Source: Smithellaceae bacterium
GTDB taxonomy: Bacteria > Desulfobacterota > Syntrophia > Syntrophales > Smithellaceae
Assembly: GCA_963667845.2 (NCBI GenBank)
Contig: CAXXVL010000002.1
Location: forward strand, 1,984,001-2,048,000
DNA: 64,000 nt
Reading direction: 5' to 3'
Made by a program: the position numbers and the translations under genes. Below, piece by piece: positions 10,947-21,992 of the stretch. The notes under the pieces were generated by a model that saw only the letters and a program-made list of their open reading frames with translations, made no database searches and was not told where the DNA came from. Numbering within the stretch: position 1 is the stretch's first letter; the number at the start of each line of letters is the position of its first letter.

Positions 10947-13364
10947 TTATTTCCATCCTTTCCTGACGATTTCCCTCGCTTTGGGATAAGGGTATTTCTT
11001 CATAAGTTCGGCCAAAGGCAATTTCTGATCTTCGCCGCGCATGAAGTGAATGAGGACGACGGACGCCCAGTAGTCGCTTGCGTAGCGCGTATCTCTCAGC
11101 TGGACCGGAACGCCTTTGGCATTCACGCTGTGGCAGGCCGCACAGGTTACCGGTCCGGCATATTTACCGTCGGGGCTGAACTGCAGGGCCTGCTCATGGG
11201 ACGTCTTGTCGACCGTCTCTTTTGCGCCTTCATAACGGACAGGATACAGTCCGTGCATCGATTCATGGCAGGACTGGCAGGCCAGGCGGCCGTGCGCCTT
11301 GGAATACCGGTAAAGCGCATACTTGCCCGGCTGATCGATGGGAAAGTAATCGCCGCCGGCGCTTTCCACAAAAGGCGCGAGATGGCAATCCGCGCAGTGC
11401 GGAGCACCAGGCGAAAGCCACCAGTCGCTTCCCCCGGATACGGAGGCGTACGTGAGCGATTCCCCCTGACTTCCGTTCCACGGCAAAACGACCGGCTTTC
11501 CGTCTTGTCCTTTTGCTGTTTTCAAAAGGACCGCACTTGTGTGTCGGGCGTAGTAGCTGTAGAGCGGATCTCCCGGAGCGCCCACAGTGGGATCGGCAAA
11601 GAATGCCTTAAACCGCGCCTCATCAATGCCGGCCAGGGCCCGGATGACCTCTGCTACGGATTTGTTCCGGAGCGTTTTTCCTTCCTGGGATACGGCATCG
11701 CGAAAATCGTCCTGCCGGTAGAGTTCATGCGCCAATTCGTTATGGCAGTTGGTGCAGTAAAGCCCGCGAATCTCCTTGAGCGGTTTTCCGTTTTCATCCG
11801 CCATGCTGACTTGCCTCAGGTACCACTTGCCGATACCGTTGAGGAAGAAAGGAGGAGATACGTGGGGATTCGTATGCGCATCGCGCCTCAGGTAGCAGCC
11901 GCCGCCCGCCGTCCGGAGGTCGGCATTCGTGAAGCGCGCATTGCCATGTTTGTCTGTGATCTGGTATGGATTTGCGTCCCAGTCATTCATGGCTTCGGAC
12001 TGCCAGTGGGATGGATGGCAGGTCTGGCAGTTCTGGGTTCTCCCCGCCTTATCGGGCATGGGGATAAACTGCGCATGGACGGCATGAACCGATTGGGTGA
12101 GCGGCCCGCTCTTCGAGACCGCGTATCCCGTGGCGCGGGGCCGGGGAGTCTGCAGATTCCCGGACATGTTGTCGCCGTGGCAGTCCACACAGTTCACCGC
12201 GCCCACCCGGCCGAGCCGGTTGGAGGAGGCGGCGGGATTATAATCAACAAGAAACGCTGTCTTGTGGTGTTTGTCATGGAGCTCCAGGACGTTGATCATG
12301 GTGGCCGTGAGACGCGCCGTGTAATCGCTGACATCCGGATAGTTCTTCTTCCAGTAGGCGAATTCTTCATCGAAGTGATGCAATCCCTCATTCCTGGCGC
12401 GCTTTGCGGCAAGTCCATCGCCTGCGTGGCAAAAAGAACAGTTCGAAATATCGACGGGATTGGTTCCAAAAAATTCTACCGGTTTTCCGTTAGCGGTGAT
12501 GGGGTTGCCCTTCGCATCTTTCATCCGGACGACGGAAACCTGATACGGTTGAAAATCCCGGTCGGCGATGGTGCGGATGCTCCCGGTTCTTCTGCCGTCG
12601 TTGAAGGCGGTGAGCGGCAGACCCAGCGCGTCCCATAAGTATGAGGAGGTGAGCGTCAGCGGGATATTCTTCAGGTCCGGCAAAAGCGAATCCGTAAAAA
12701 CGATGTTCCCGCCTTTACTCCCCGCATAAGACATCTCCCCTCCGGCGATGCTTTTACCGGAAGGGCCGGCGTCGATATTTACGGGAATGTCCCGGCCGAT
12801 GAAGAGGCGCGCCGAGGAGGCCGGATCGGCGGGCAGCGTGCCTTCCAGGTCCTTGTAAATAAACAGATGGGTCCAGACGTAATTGGCCATATTGTCGCCG
12901 GGCTTGTCCATATTGCCCGTCTGGCTTACATCTTTCAGGACCCGCCAGTATTTCATCTTGTTTCCTTCACTGTAGGTGTTGTCTTTAATGCCGTAGTCGA
13001 GCCGGATGTTATCCGCGGGCGAGAGAAGCCGGGGGCGTGAGCCGTGATCGCCTGACCGGACCGCTTGCGCCTGGACGCTGTTGTAGGGCGGGATAATGCA
13101 GCAGTACGATACGTCGAACCCCACGCAGTGCATGCCGAGTTCGTAATTGATAAAGATGTTGTAAGGATTTTTGGGATCGAAGAGGATCGTTTTTTCGCTC
13201 CCGGCCGCAGCTCCGTCTTCATAGGACCGAAGCCCCGTGACACTGAAGGGAGGATCGGCGTCATAAACTTGTTCCTCGGATGTCGCCCCGACTGCGTACA
13301 GACCGGCTGATAAGAGGGACAGCAGGGCCGAGCACAAGATGACGAGACGGGAAAACTTCCTCAT
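10947..13364 (-). CDS. Exported multiheme c-type cytochrome (7 CxxCH)
   Basis: Signal peptide; CSFCH, CVDCH, CQTCH, CTNCH, CADCH, CQSCH, CAACH; N-terminal ELGMHC...IPPYN motif. Confidence 0.88.
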   Translation of the reverse strand: MRKFSRLVILCSALLSLLSAGLYAVGATSEEQVYDADPPFSVTGLRSYEDGAAAGSEKTILFDPKNPYNIFINYELGMHCVGFDVSYCCIIPPYNSVQAQAVRSGDHGSRPRLLSPADNIRLDYGIKDNTYSEGNKMKYWRVLKDVSQTGNMDKPGDNMANYVWTHLFIYKDLEGTLPADPASSARLFIGRDIPVNIDAGPSGKSIAGGEMSYAGSKGGNIVFTDSLLPDLKNIPLTLTSSYLWDALGLPLTAFNDGRRTGSIRTIADRDFQPYQVSVVRMKDAKGNPITANGKPVEFFGTNPVDISNCSFCHAGDGLAAKRARNEGLHHFDEEFAYWKKNYPDVSDYTARLTATMINVLELHDKHHKTAFLVDYNPAASSNRLGRVGAVNCVDCHGDNMSGNLQTPRPRATGYAVSKSGPLTQSVHAVHAQFIPMPDKAGRTQNCQTCHPSHWQSEAMNDWDANPYQITDKHGNARFTNADLRTAGGGCYLRRDAHTNPHVSPPFFLNGIGKWYLRQVSMADENGKPLKEIRGLYCTNCHNELAHELYRQDDFRDAVSQEGKTLRNKSVAEVIRALAGIDEARFKAFFADPTVGAPGDPLYSYYARHTSAVLLKTAKGQDGKPVVLPWNGSQGESLTYASVSGGSDWWLSPGAPHCADCHLAPFVESAGGDYFPIDQPGKYALYRYSKAHGRLACQSCHESMHGLYPVRYEGAKETVDKTSHEQALQFSPDGKYAGPVTCAACHSVNAKGVPVQLRDTRYASDYWASVVLIHFMRGEDQKLPLAELMKKYPYPKAREIVRKGWK

Positions 13365-13909
13365 TGTCCTGATACGCTCCTTTTGCACTCCCGGGTGACC
13401 GGTAAAAGAAGGGAGGGTCCTATCGGAACATAGTCCGGGCTTCGTTCTTTTCTCGACTCAAATCCGCGGATTCCCTTTTGATCATCAGCCGCCGCCTTCG
13501 GATCGGGAGAAACCGCGAAACAGATGAGCGAAGAAGGAAGACAAAAAATACAGCAGACAGCCGTCAGGATCCGTTTTTATTTTCTTCAGCAAAATACTCG
13601 GGAAGCCGGGATGATTCCGTCGCTTAACACGCATACTCTAATGACGATGATGGCGAGATTAAATGGTAAAAAAGTGTCAGGAAAAGAGTAGGGGAATTCT
13701 ATCCCGGATGAGTTGAGACGCTCGGCCGGACACAACAATGATAGTCTCAACCTGTCATTTTACTATGAATTAACGGGCATTGTGCGCCGGGTCCAATAGA
13801 CTTAATCTAATAACGGAAAAATTCGGCAAAGGCGGCCGCGGTGAAGCAGGATTTGCTGGGGTGATTGCCGCCGTTAAAGGTCAGCAATGATTTTCCCGAG
13901 GTCATGATC

Positions 13910-14350
13910 ATGAAATTATTTATTGCTTTGGCGCTGGTCATGGTTCTGACATGGCCGGCCATGGGAGGAATGATGGAAGAGAACAATAAAAAAATAGTCC
14001 GCGATTTTTATGAAATGGCCTTTAACCGGCATAAACCCGCCGAGGCTGCGAAAATCTATATCGGCGATCATTATATCCAGCACCACCCGGGCGTTCCCGA
14101 CGGCGCCGCCGCGTTTTGCGGATATTTCGAAAAATTTTTCCGAGAATATCCGCAATACCATGTGGAAATCAAACGCGTGATCGCGGAAGGCGACCTGGTT
14201 GTTCTTCATTTGCATGGCCGAAAAGATGATCAGGATCGGGGCCGGGCGATCGTGGATATTTTTCGACTCGAAAACGGCAAAATTGTCGAGCACTGGGATG
14301 TCATTCAGGATGTCCCCGAGAAAACGACCAAATCCAATACGATGTTTTAG
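13910..14350 (+). CDS. SnoaL/NTF2-like exported protein
   Basis: NKKIVRDFY, YIQHHP, VIAEGDLV, DIFRLENGKIVEHWD. Confidence 0.85.
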   Translation: MKLFIALALVMVLTWPAMGGMMEENNKKIVRDFYEMAFNRHKPAEAAKIYIGDHYIQHHPGVPDGAAAFCGYFEKFFREYPQYHVEIKRVIAEGDLVVLHLHGRKDDQDRGRAIVDIFRLENGKIVEHWDVIQDVPEKTTKSNTMF

Positions 14351-14400
14351 AAGCAGACAAAGGACGCTGACAAGCACGGGCAGGTTAGGACTACCTTTCA

Positions 14401-15663
14401 TTGGCCGGGAAATATGAGGATGGGATGAATCAGGACGAGCGGCTCTGTAACGCCCAGGGAATGCAATTGTGCAGATTGCGCGATGAATCGGCAAGGCCGT
14501 GGTCTTACGCGGCGGTGGCTCTGGCGTCGTTTGTTCTGATCGCCGCCGCCACGATTCCGACACCCTTGTATCAGCTCTATCAGGTCAAGTTTCATTTCTC
14601 TGAATTCATGCTGACCATGATCTTCGGCATCTATGCCTTCGGTGTCATCCCGTCGCTTCTGGTGTTTGGTCCGCTGGGCGATGCGATTTGCCGCCGCCGC
14701 GTCCTGATGTTTGCAATCGTCACGGCCGCCGCCGGCATTTTGCTCCTGTCGCTGGCCCAGGGGGTGATCTGGCTCCTGGCCGGACGCCTGCTTGTCGGCG
14801 TGGCCGTCGGTGCGACGCAGGGCAATTCCAGCGCGGCCCTGGTGGAAATGCAGCCCGCGGGAGACCGCAGAAGGGCCGGGATCATGATGGCCGTCTGCAC
14901 GGCGGGCGGCGCGGCATCCGGCACGCTCGCCAGCGGTATCATCGCCCAGTATCTGCCTGATCCTTTCGAGCTTGTTTATCTTGTGGAACTCGGCATGCTG
15001 ACGCTGGCGTTTATGCTGGTGGCCGGCATCCAGGAAGCGTCAAGACCCGTCCTGTCACTTGTCAGTTTTCACCGCCCGCACGTGTCACGCAAGATCTTTG
15101 CCGGGTTTCTGGTGGCCTCTCTGGCCGGGGGGCTCGGCTGGTCGATTGCGGGTCTATTTGTGGCGCTGATGCCAAGCTACCTTTCCAATCTGCTGCACAT
15201 CAGAAATCTGGCTGCGGGAGGCATTCTGGTCGCGCTCATGCTGGGTTCGAGCGTCGCGGTTCAGCTGGTGCTGGTTCACATATCCAATTTTCGTCTGTTG
15301 ATGTCGGGTCTCGCCGGGGCTATCGTAGGACTTGCCGCGATCGTTGCCGCCTGGCACCTTTCATCACTCGTCCTGATGATCGCGGGTTCCATCATCTCAG
15401 GCGCGGCTATGGGCATGGCCTACCTTGGTTCGATCTCCGAAATCAATCGTCTCGCGGCGCCTGAGGAACGCGGTCAAATCAATTCTCTCTATTTTATGAT
15501 TGTCTATTTATTTTTTTCAGTGCCGATGATCGCCCTGGGATTTGTGGCCAGCCGCCTCGACCTTTATACCGCCGTTCTTTCCTTTGCTGCGGTCATCGTG
15601 TTCATCGCCGCAAGCCTGATGATTTGGCTGGCCATCCGGCACAGATCGGGGGCTTCGGGCTGA
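14401..15663 (+). CDS. MFS transporter (start uncertain)
   Basis: About 12 hydrophobic segments; IPTPLY, motif A-like GPLGDAICRR, LLAGR. Confidence 0.88.
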   Translation: MAGKYEDGMNQDERLCNAQGMQLCRLRDESARPWSYAAVALASFVLIAAATIPTPLYQLYQVKFHFSEFMLTMIFGIYAFGVIPSLLVFGPLGDAICRRRVLMFAIVTAAAGILLLSLAQGVIWLLAGRLLVGVAVGATQGNSSAALVEMQPAGDRRRAGIMMAVCTAGGAASGTLASGIIAQYLPDPFELVYLVELGMLTLAFMLVAGIQEASRPVLSLVSFHRPHVSRKIFAGFLVASLAGGLGWSIAGLFVALMPSYLSNLLHIRNLAAGGILVALMLGSSVAVQLVLVHISNFRLLMSGLAGAIVGLAAIVAAWHLSSLVLMIAGSIISGAAMGMAYLGSISEINRLAAPEERGQINSLYFMIVYLFFSVPMIALGFVASRLDLYTAVLSFAAVIVFIAASLMIWLAIRHRSGASG

Positions 15664-15737
15664 TCGGATTCGAAACCCGTCATCCATCATCCGGATGGTT
15701 CCCGGACGCAGCGGATGCTTTAGCCGCCGGCCGATCT

Positions 15738-17075
15738 TCATAATTCTTTGAGCAGTCTGTTGTCGGGTAGTCCTGCAACGGTCTTTCCGAATGCAGCCAG
15801 GGATGCGGACAGGGCCGCAAATTCCGGGGTATGGGTGAAGGGCATCTCGTTTAAGCCTCTTTCCTCCAGGGCATCGATGACATAGTGAATGCTCAGCGAG
15901 TTGACATCCCGGGCGGGTTGATATCCTTTTTCAGAGCTTCCATCGCTTTCGGTTACCGAGAGAATACCGCTTTTTACCAGATTGAAAAGAATGTCGTTGA
16001 CGAAGCGGATGGGAATTTCGAGCCCGCTGGCGATGGCCCGCGCCGTCGGGGCCTTTTCGCCCCGGATAAACGTCTGAACCAGATGATGCGCTATCTGCAG
16101 AGACAGAATGATTCGAAGGCGGTGACTGGCCAGAAGGGCGTCGGGTTCGAACTCGTAGGTATCTTCATTCTGGTAGGCGAAGGAGAATTCCGCTCCGTAC
16201 AGGACAATCAGCCAGCTCAACTGAAGCCAGGCCAGAAAAAGCGGCAGGGCGGCAAAGCTGCCATAGATGGCGTTGTAATTCGCGACCCCGACCTGGAAGG
16301 TGATATAGACCCATTGGACAATCTGAAACGTGGTGCCGGCAATAATTCCGGCAGGCAGGGCTGAAGACAATTTCACCTTCGTATTCGGCATAAACATGTA
16401 TAGGAAGGTAAAGAGAGCCCACATCAATGTGTAAGGCAGGAGCCTCAGCAAAAAAAAGATGATGGAACTGAAGCTCCCGAGGATGGCGAACTTCTCCAGA
16501 ATCAGATTGACCTGAGTGGTGACAAAGACGGTGACCCCACCGGAAAGAATAAGAATCACCGGGCAGATCAGCATGAGCGACAGGTAATCTCCGAACATGC
16601 GGCCGAGGGTGCGCTTTTCCTTGACGCCCCAGATATCGTTGAATGAATATTCAATCTGCCCCAAAACCTTGAGCACGGCCCAGAAAAGAACAACGAGGCC
16701 GGCACCGGCAATCACGCCGCCTTTGGTATTGGCCAGGAGCGCATTGGAAAACTGGAGGACATTGGTCAGGATGTCTTCATGACCGGCGAGTTTCTCTCGC
16801 AGCTGCGACTCCAGCACTTTGTCAAATCCGAAACCTTTGGCAATTCCGAAGGCCATCGCGGCAACGGGAACGATCGAGACAAGAGAATAAAAGGTGAGGG
16901 CTGATGCGCGAAGCTGGCATTTATCTTCATCGAAACCCCGGATGGACAGGAGAACAGTTCTGGCAATCTTCAGGAAAAAAGATTTTCCCGGAGGCAGGGT
17001 GGTGCGTTTGATTCTCCAGATGTCCTGTTTGTAAAAATCCGTTGCTTTTTGAAGCTGTTTCCCGATGTTGCCCAT
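15738..17075 (-). CDS. YihY/BrkB family membrane protein with C-terminal HTH-like extension
   Basis: ASALTFYSLVSIVP, FNDIWGV, YNAIYGSFAALPLFL. Confidence 0.88.
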   Translation of the reverse strand: MGNIGKQLQKATDFYKQDIWRIKRTTLPPGKSFFLKIARTVLLSIRGFDEDKCQLRASALTFYSLVSIVPVAAMAFGIAKGFGFDKVLESQLREKLAGHEDILTNVLQFSNALLANTKGGVIAGAGLVVLFWAVLKVLGQIEYSFNDIWGVKEKRTLGRMFGDYLSLMLICPVILILSGGVTVFVTTQVNLILEKFAILGSFSSIIFFLLRLLPYTLMWALFTFLYMFMPNTKVKLSSALPAGIIAGTTFQIVQWVYITFQVGVANYNAIYGSFAALPLFLAWLQLSWLIVLYGAEFSFAYQNEDTYEFEPDALLASHRLRIILSLQIAHHLVQTFIRGEKAPTARAIASGLEIPIRFVNDILFNLVKSGILSVTESDGSSEKGYQPARDVNSLSIHYVIDALEERGLNEMPFTHTPEFAALSASLAAFGKTVAGLPDNRLLKEL

Positions 17076-17399
17076 GACGCCTCCTGAAATTCGATGATGG
17101 ATGATGGATATGAGTGCGGCGCTGTGGTGCCGGTCTTCCTGCCTTGCGGTGATGACAGGGCAGCTTTAATATTTAAGATAAGATGAAGAGCGGACTCTGT
17201 CAATGAGAGACCGGCGATTGCGGGATCTTATTGACGGACTGCCTGAAGTATGATTTTTAGAAACCGTTTTGTTCGCCTTGCCGCTTGCGGACAATCATCC
17301 AGGCGGGCCCCCGATGACGGAAGTTTACGAACATAAAGGCGCCGAAAATATATTTATCCGGGATACTGGCAAAGACGCCGAAAGGTTGTTAGATTTTAG

Positions 17400-18335
17400 A
17401 TGATGGAAGAAAAGATTATTGTCGCCGAGCATGTGACGAAGACATTTCCTAAAGTGGTGGCCGTGAATAACCTCAGCTTCGAGGTTTCGCCGGAGACTTG
17501 CTTCGGGGTCCTGGGGCCCAATGGCGCGGGCAAGTCCACGCTCATGAAGATCGTTTATGCCAAGTGCGTCCGGGACAAAAACAAAGCGGATCGCCTCCGT
17601 ATCTTCGGTTATGATCCCAATGAGGAGGAACTCGCCATCAAGTATTGTTCCGGCGTTGTCCCCCAGGATAACAACCTCGATGAAGAGCTCAACGTTATCC
17701 AAAATCTTATGATCTACTCCAAATTCTATCGCATTCCGGCAGGAGTCGCCCGGGAGCGGATCGCTTACCTGCTTGACTTTCTGGAACTCACTGAAAAAGC
17801 GAGTGCGCGGATTACGGAGCTTTCCGGAGGCATGAAGCGCCGGCTGGTGATCGCGCGCGCCCTCATCAACAACCCGCGGCTCTTGATCCTGGATGAGCCG
17901 ACCACGGGGCTTGATCCGCAGGTGCGGCACCTGATCTGGGACAAGCTGCGGCTTCTCAAGAAGGAAGGAACGACCATTCTGCTCACCACGCACTACATGG
18001 AGGAGGCGTTTCAGATCTGCGACAGCGTGATGATCATGCACAAGGGGCAGCGGATCATCGAAGGGCCGCCCCGGCAGCTCCTCAGGAAAAATATTGAAAG
18101 GTTCGTGCTCGAAGTGTTCGATACGAGTTCGCTTGCGGCCAAGCTCGATGAGGCGGCCCAGCGGCAGATCCGGATCGACCGGTCGCAGCAGGTGACGCTG
18201 CTGTTTTCCGACAATCTCGACGACCTGAAGGCGCTCGCGGGATCGCTTGCGCGGGGCAATTATTACCTTCGGGAGACAAATCTCGAAGATGTCTTTTTAA
18301 AGGCGACGGGGAGGGGACTCAATGAAAGCCAGTAA
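17400..18335 (+). CDS. ABC-2 exporter ATP-binding subunit (NodI-like)
   Basis: GPNGAGKST, LSGGMKRR, ILDEPTTGLD, TTHYMEEA. Confidence 0.92.
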   Translation: MMEEKIIVAEHVTKTFPKVVAVNNLSFEVSPETCFGVLGPNGAGKSTLMKIVYAKCVRDKNKADRLRIFGYDPNEEELAIKYCSGVVPQDNNLDEELNVIQNLMIYSKFYRIPAGVARERIAYLLDFLELTEKASARITELSGGMKRRLVIARALINNPRLLILDEPTTGLDPQVRHLIWDKLRLLKKEGTTILLTTHYMEEAFQICDSVMIMHKGQRIIEGPPRQLLRKNIERFVLEVFDTSSLAAKLDEAAQRQIRIDRSQQVTLLFSDNLDDLKALAGSLARGNYYLRETNLEDVFLKATGRGLNESQ

Positions 18336-19113
18336 TCCCCGGACCTATCCTCCCCTGTACTGGCGGCTCTTCAGCGTCTGGTACCGCCACATGCGCGTTT
18401 ACACGAAGAATATCTTCTCGAACGGTCTGCCTCCGTTTCTCGAGCCGCTCCTGTTCCTGGCGGGTGTGGGGCTCGGCCTGGGCGTCTATATCACGCAATC
18501 CATGGAGGGGCTCAGTTACATCGAATTTCTGGGGACCGGTCTTCTGGTGACGGCGGCGATGTTCACCTCGGCGTTCGAGTGCAGCTTCGGCACCTTTGTC
18601 CGTTTGACGTTCGACAAGGTGTACGACGGAATGCTGGCGTCGCCGCTGACGGTGACCGACCTCATCATCGGTGAAATCATCTGGGCCGGGACGAAGGGCC
18701 TGTTCTTCTCCTTTGCGGTCCTCTGCATCCTGCTGGGATTCGGCGTGATCCATTCGCCCTCGAGCCTGCTTGCGCCCGCGGTGGGATTTCTGACCGGCAT
18801 GATGTTTGCGACGGTCTCCCTCTGGATCACCTCGTTCGTCCGTCAGATCAATCAACTCAATTTCTATTTTACGGGGTTCATCTCGCCGATTTTCTTTTTT
18901 TCGGGCGTTGTTTTTCCGACCAGCAATCTGCCGGACTGGATACAGCCCCTGGTGGAACTGGTCCCGCTCACGCACGCGGTCCGACTGGTGCGGGCCGTCT
19001 GCGCCAACCACTACCAGATCGGTCATGTGTGGGATTTATCTTATGTGGCCGTATTCATCTTAGTCTTCGGATTTCTGGCGGTAAGAAGACTGCGCAAAAG
19101 AATGGTGATCTGA
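18322..19113 (+). CDS. ABC-2 exporter permease (NodJ-like)
   Basis: About six TM segments; FSGVVFP..LP, PLTHAV; overlaps the ATPase gene. Confidence 0.9.
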   Translation: MKASNPRTYPPLYWRLFSVWYRHMRVYTKNIFSNGLPPFLEPLLFLAGVGLGLGVYITQSMEGLSYIEFLGTGLLVTAAMFTSAFECSFGTFVRLTFDKVYDGMLASPLTVTDLIIGEIIWAGTKGLFFSFAVLCILLGFGVIHSPSSLLAPAVGFLTGMMFATVSLWITSFVRQINQLNFYFTGFISPIFFFSGVVFPTSNLPDWIQPLVELVPLTHAVRLVRAVCANHYQIGHVWDLSYVAVFILVFGFLAVRRLRKRMVI

Positions 19114-19114
19114 C

Positions 19115-19150
19115 AAAAAAAGAGCAGAGTTTTGCCGCTCTGCTCTTTGT
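19115..19150. terminator. Probable intrinsic terminator between convergent genes
   Basis: AAAGAGCAGAG-8 nt-CTCTGCTCTTT stem preceded by an A-run. Confidence 0.7.
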
Positions 19151-19208
19151 GTGAGCCGCGCGGCATCTGCCAGAAAGATTGCCGCGTCACTCGTGTTGCT
19201 TTTCGTTG

Positions 19209-19424
19209 TTAATCGGGCAGCTTCTTAATGCCCTGCCATTCCTGGAATGCGCAGATCTCCTTGTCCAGGCTGCCCGCTATCGGACAGGCATGCGACGCCG
19301 CAAACAGCTGATAGACTTTGAGGGTGTCTTCGGCCAGTCTGTCCTGGGCCCTGAGAATAAATACCGGCTCATCTTTGCCGATTTTGGGTATGTCCACTTT
19401 GCCGTATTTTCCTGATAGTGCCAT
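19209..19424 (-). CDS. Small hypothetical protein (71 aa)
   Basis: Upstream AGGAAAGGA RBS; protein-like composition (DEPVFILRAQD). Confidence 0.7.
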   Translation of the reverse strand: MALSGKYGKVDIPKIGKDEPVFILRAQDRLAEDTLKVYQLFAASHACPIAGSLDKEICAFQEWQGIKKLPD

Positions 19425-19497
19425 GGGTGTTCCTTTCCTGTTTTTTTATCGTGAACGCATTATTATCCCGGCGTTATTCCCGGTATCGTGCAGCGTG

Positions 19498-19767
19498 TCA
19501 TTGTTTGTAAGCGGATACGCCCGCCTCAATGCCCTTGCCGAGGCGCACTTTTTTATCGGCCAGAGAATCTTTGGCCAGCTTCATGACATCCTCAACCTTG
19601 GTCACGGTCTCGTCATATTTACCTTTCGCTTTTTCATAGAAGTCTTCCGACTTGCCGCGGATGTCCTGCCGCAACTCCTTGCCCGATTTGGGCGCAAATA
19701 AAATGCCTAAGGCGCCGCCAACCACACCGCCAACCAGAAACCCCAAAATATGATTCTTTGATATCAT
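19498..19767 (-). CDS. YtxH domain-containing protein
   Basis: GFLVGGVVGGALGILFAPKSGKELR signature. Confidence 0.88.
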   Translation of the reverse strand: MISKNHILGFLVGGVVGGALGILFAPKSGKELRQDIRGKSEDFYEKAKGKYDETVTKVEDVMKLAKDSLADKKVRLGKGIEAGVSAYKQ

Positions 19768-19947
19768 TTCTCTGTCCTCCGATAATCGTTAAATAAAGTA
19801 AATGGATGCCGAACGCCTCTTCGGGCACATCGACCGCTATTGGAAATCAGTTGCTCATCGCGTGCAGCCTTCTCGGACATCGTGCATAAACTGCGATGCC
19901 GGGGCCCGTCTCTCCCTGTTTGCGGGTCGGACGGGCTCCGGTGATTC

Positions 19948-20418
19948 TTACTCGATCTTTACCTTGACTTCTTTACTCTTGGCCTCTTCGCTCTTGGGCA
20001 TCCTGACTTCCAGAACACCATCCTTGAATGTCGATTTCGTCTGGTCGCCCCTGACTTCCGTAGGAAGACTGAAGGAGCGGCAGAAAGAGCCGTAGGATCG
20101 CTCCAGCTTGTAGTAGTCTTTCTTTTTGATCTCATCCTCCTTCTTCTTTTCACCGGATATCGTAATCATCCCGTCCGTTAACGTAACTTCGATATCCTCC
20201 TTCTTCATACCGGGAAGTTCCGCTTTCAGAACCAGATCACCGTTTGATTCGAAGATATCCACTTCGGGCATAAGTTCTTCTTCCATGCCTGCCCGGAGTT
20301 TGGAGAAAAACGGCGTAAAGGGCCGGGGCATTATTTCGTCAAACCACTTGTCGAAATCTCTCAGCGCCATCACGGGACGTGTTTCCGATCTCACCAATTC
20401 TTTTTGTTCTTCTGCCAT
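19948..20418 (-). CDS. Hsp20/alpha-crystallin small heat-shock protein
   Basis: PEVDIFE, AELPGMKKEDI, ERSYGSFCRSFSLP, FKDGVLEV. Confidence 0.95.
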   Translation of the reverse strand: MAEEQKELVRSETRPVMALRDFDKWFDEIMPRPFTPFFSKLRAGMEEELMPEVDIFESNGDLVLKAELPGMKKEDIEVTLTDGMITISGEKKKEDEIKKKDYYKLERSYGSFCRSFSLPTEVRGDQTKSTFKDGVLEVRMPKSEEAKSKEVKVKIE

Positions 20419-20801
20419 AATACACCTCCATTAAAATTCTTATTCAACCAACGCGGTCAGCGGCTGGTTTGTATTGCGATGCGGGTAAAGATGCTGCTCT
20501 TCCCACTGCAATTCGCCGCGTCCCTTATCAATATGAATCGATTGAAGGGAAGGCAATGGTAATTAAGTTAGAGCTGATTGAGAGTTCGAAACTACCGCGC
20601 AGACGCAGCTTTCTAATCGATGCCCGTCGATCGCGACACTTGAACAAAAAATCTTGGATTCTCGTTGAAAAGATCATGGATTGCAGTGGCTGACGAAGTG
20701 TTCGGAATCCCCGTGAAGGGTAGCCAATATCCCGCGGGAACCTCTCGCCGGAGATGCCGTATGGCTGGGTCTCCGGCCTATCCCCGGGAAGGGGATAAAG
20801 C

Positions 20802-20830
20802 TTGACCGACGGTCAGCAAAAGAGTACGAT
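20802..20830 (+). promoter_or_regulatory. Sigma70-type promoter overlapped by a palindromic operator
   Basis: TTGACC-17 nt-TACGAT; perfect palindrome TGACCG-A-CGGTCA at 20803-20815. Confidence 0.6.
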
Positions 20831-20878
20831 TACCCGAGTATGTGCAGGAAACACATCGGGGAAATACTTTAGGAGGAA

Positions 20879-21976
20879 ATGGAGATGGCCAAATATCTCT
20901 ACAACGAGGAGGCAGTCGCAAATCTCAGACTCAGCGATACGTCGGTTCTGGACCGGTTGATTGATTTCGAGTCTGCGCGCGCTGCGCATTTAAAAAAAGA
21001 ACATGGCAAGAAGGACAAGCGCATGCCCCTTGCCGAAGCGATCGCCACGTATGTGCAGGACGGCGACATCATCACCGATGGCGGTTTTTCATACGTCAGG
21101 ACGCCCCAGCAGGCTTTTCACGAGATCATCCGGCAGGGCAAAAAAAATCTGCAGATGATCGGAGCGCCCAATACCAATCAGAGTTTCTTCATCACCTATG
21201 GATTGGTGGTCTATTCGCACAGCTCATATACCGGAGCGGAGATGCGCGGGATTGACAAGGTCTATGACCGGGGGCTCAAAGCCGGTAAGTTCAAGATTCT
21301 TTCCGAATGGAGCCACGGCGGTGTCGCGCAAGGGTTCAAAGCCGCACAGCTCGGCGTTCCGGGTTTTTTCAGCAAACAGATGCTCGGAAGCGACCTGGTT
21401 CGCTACAATCCTTATCTCAAGGTGATGCAAAATCCCTTGAAGGCGGACAAGGATCCGTCCGTGTTTGTTCCGGCCCTGTATCCCGATGTGGCGATCATCC
21501 ACTGCCACGCAGCGGACAAATACGGCAACGCCTATATCTACGGCCCGGCTGTCAACGATCTGGCGGTGGCGGCAGCGGCGCGCAAACTGATTATCACGGC
21601 GGAAGAGATCGTTCCCGAAAACGATATCCGCTACAACAAGCACGGACAGATCATTCCGTTCTTTTATGCAGATGCCGTGGTCGAAATGCCTTTCGGAGCG
21701 ATTCCCGGCAGCATGCCCGGCTGTTACTACTGGCCCAGGCAGTGGTGGGAAAAGTGCATGAGGTTCGGCGGCGCATCCGACGAAAACAATAAAGCATTTT
21801 GTGATGAATGGATTATGGGCGTCAAGAATCAGTTCGAGTTTGTCGACAAACTGGGAGGCGCCAAGTGGATCGCCGAGGCCCGCCGCCAGACGAAGGCCGC
21901 CGAAGGCGATAATGAAGATATTGATTTCTCGTATGAGGAATACACCCTGAATCACGATCCAGGGCGATACTATTGA
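20879..21976 (+). CDS. gctA: Glutaconate CoA-transferase-like subunit A
   Basis: AIATYVQDGDII..GGF, GFKAAQLGVPGF, VPALYPDVAIIH..AD.YGNA. Confidence 0.8.
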   Translation: MEMAKYLYNEEAVANLRLSDTSVLDRLIDFESARAAHLKKEHGKKDKRMPLAEAIATYVQDGDIITDGGFSYVRTPQQAFHEIIRQGKKNLQMIGAPNTNQSFFITYGLVVYSHSSYTGAEMRGIDKVYDRGLKAGKFKILSEWSHGGVAQGFKAAQLGVPGFFSKQMLGSDLVRYNPYLKVMQNPLKADKDPSVFVPALYPDVAIIHCHAADKYGNAYIYGPAVNDLAVAAAARKLIITAEEIVPENDIRYNKHGQIIPFFYADAVVEMPFGAIPGSMPGCYYWPRQWWEKCMRFGGASDENNKAFCDEWIMGVKNQFEFVDKLGGAKWIAEARRQTKAAEGDNEDIDFSYEEYTLNHDPGRYY

Positions 21977-21992
21977 GATAGAGGAGCATACT

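Noticed and set aside
11046..12638. 530-aa plus-strand ORF
   Set aside because: Antisense shadow of the multiheme cytochrome
13389..13700. Moco or c-di-GMP riboswitch upstream of the molybdoenzyme operon
   Set aside because: Conserved motifs of those families not found by eye
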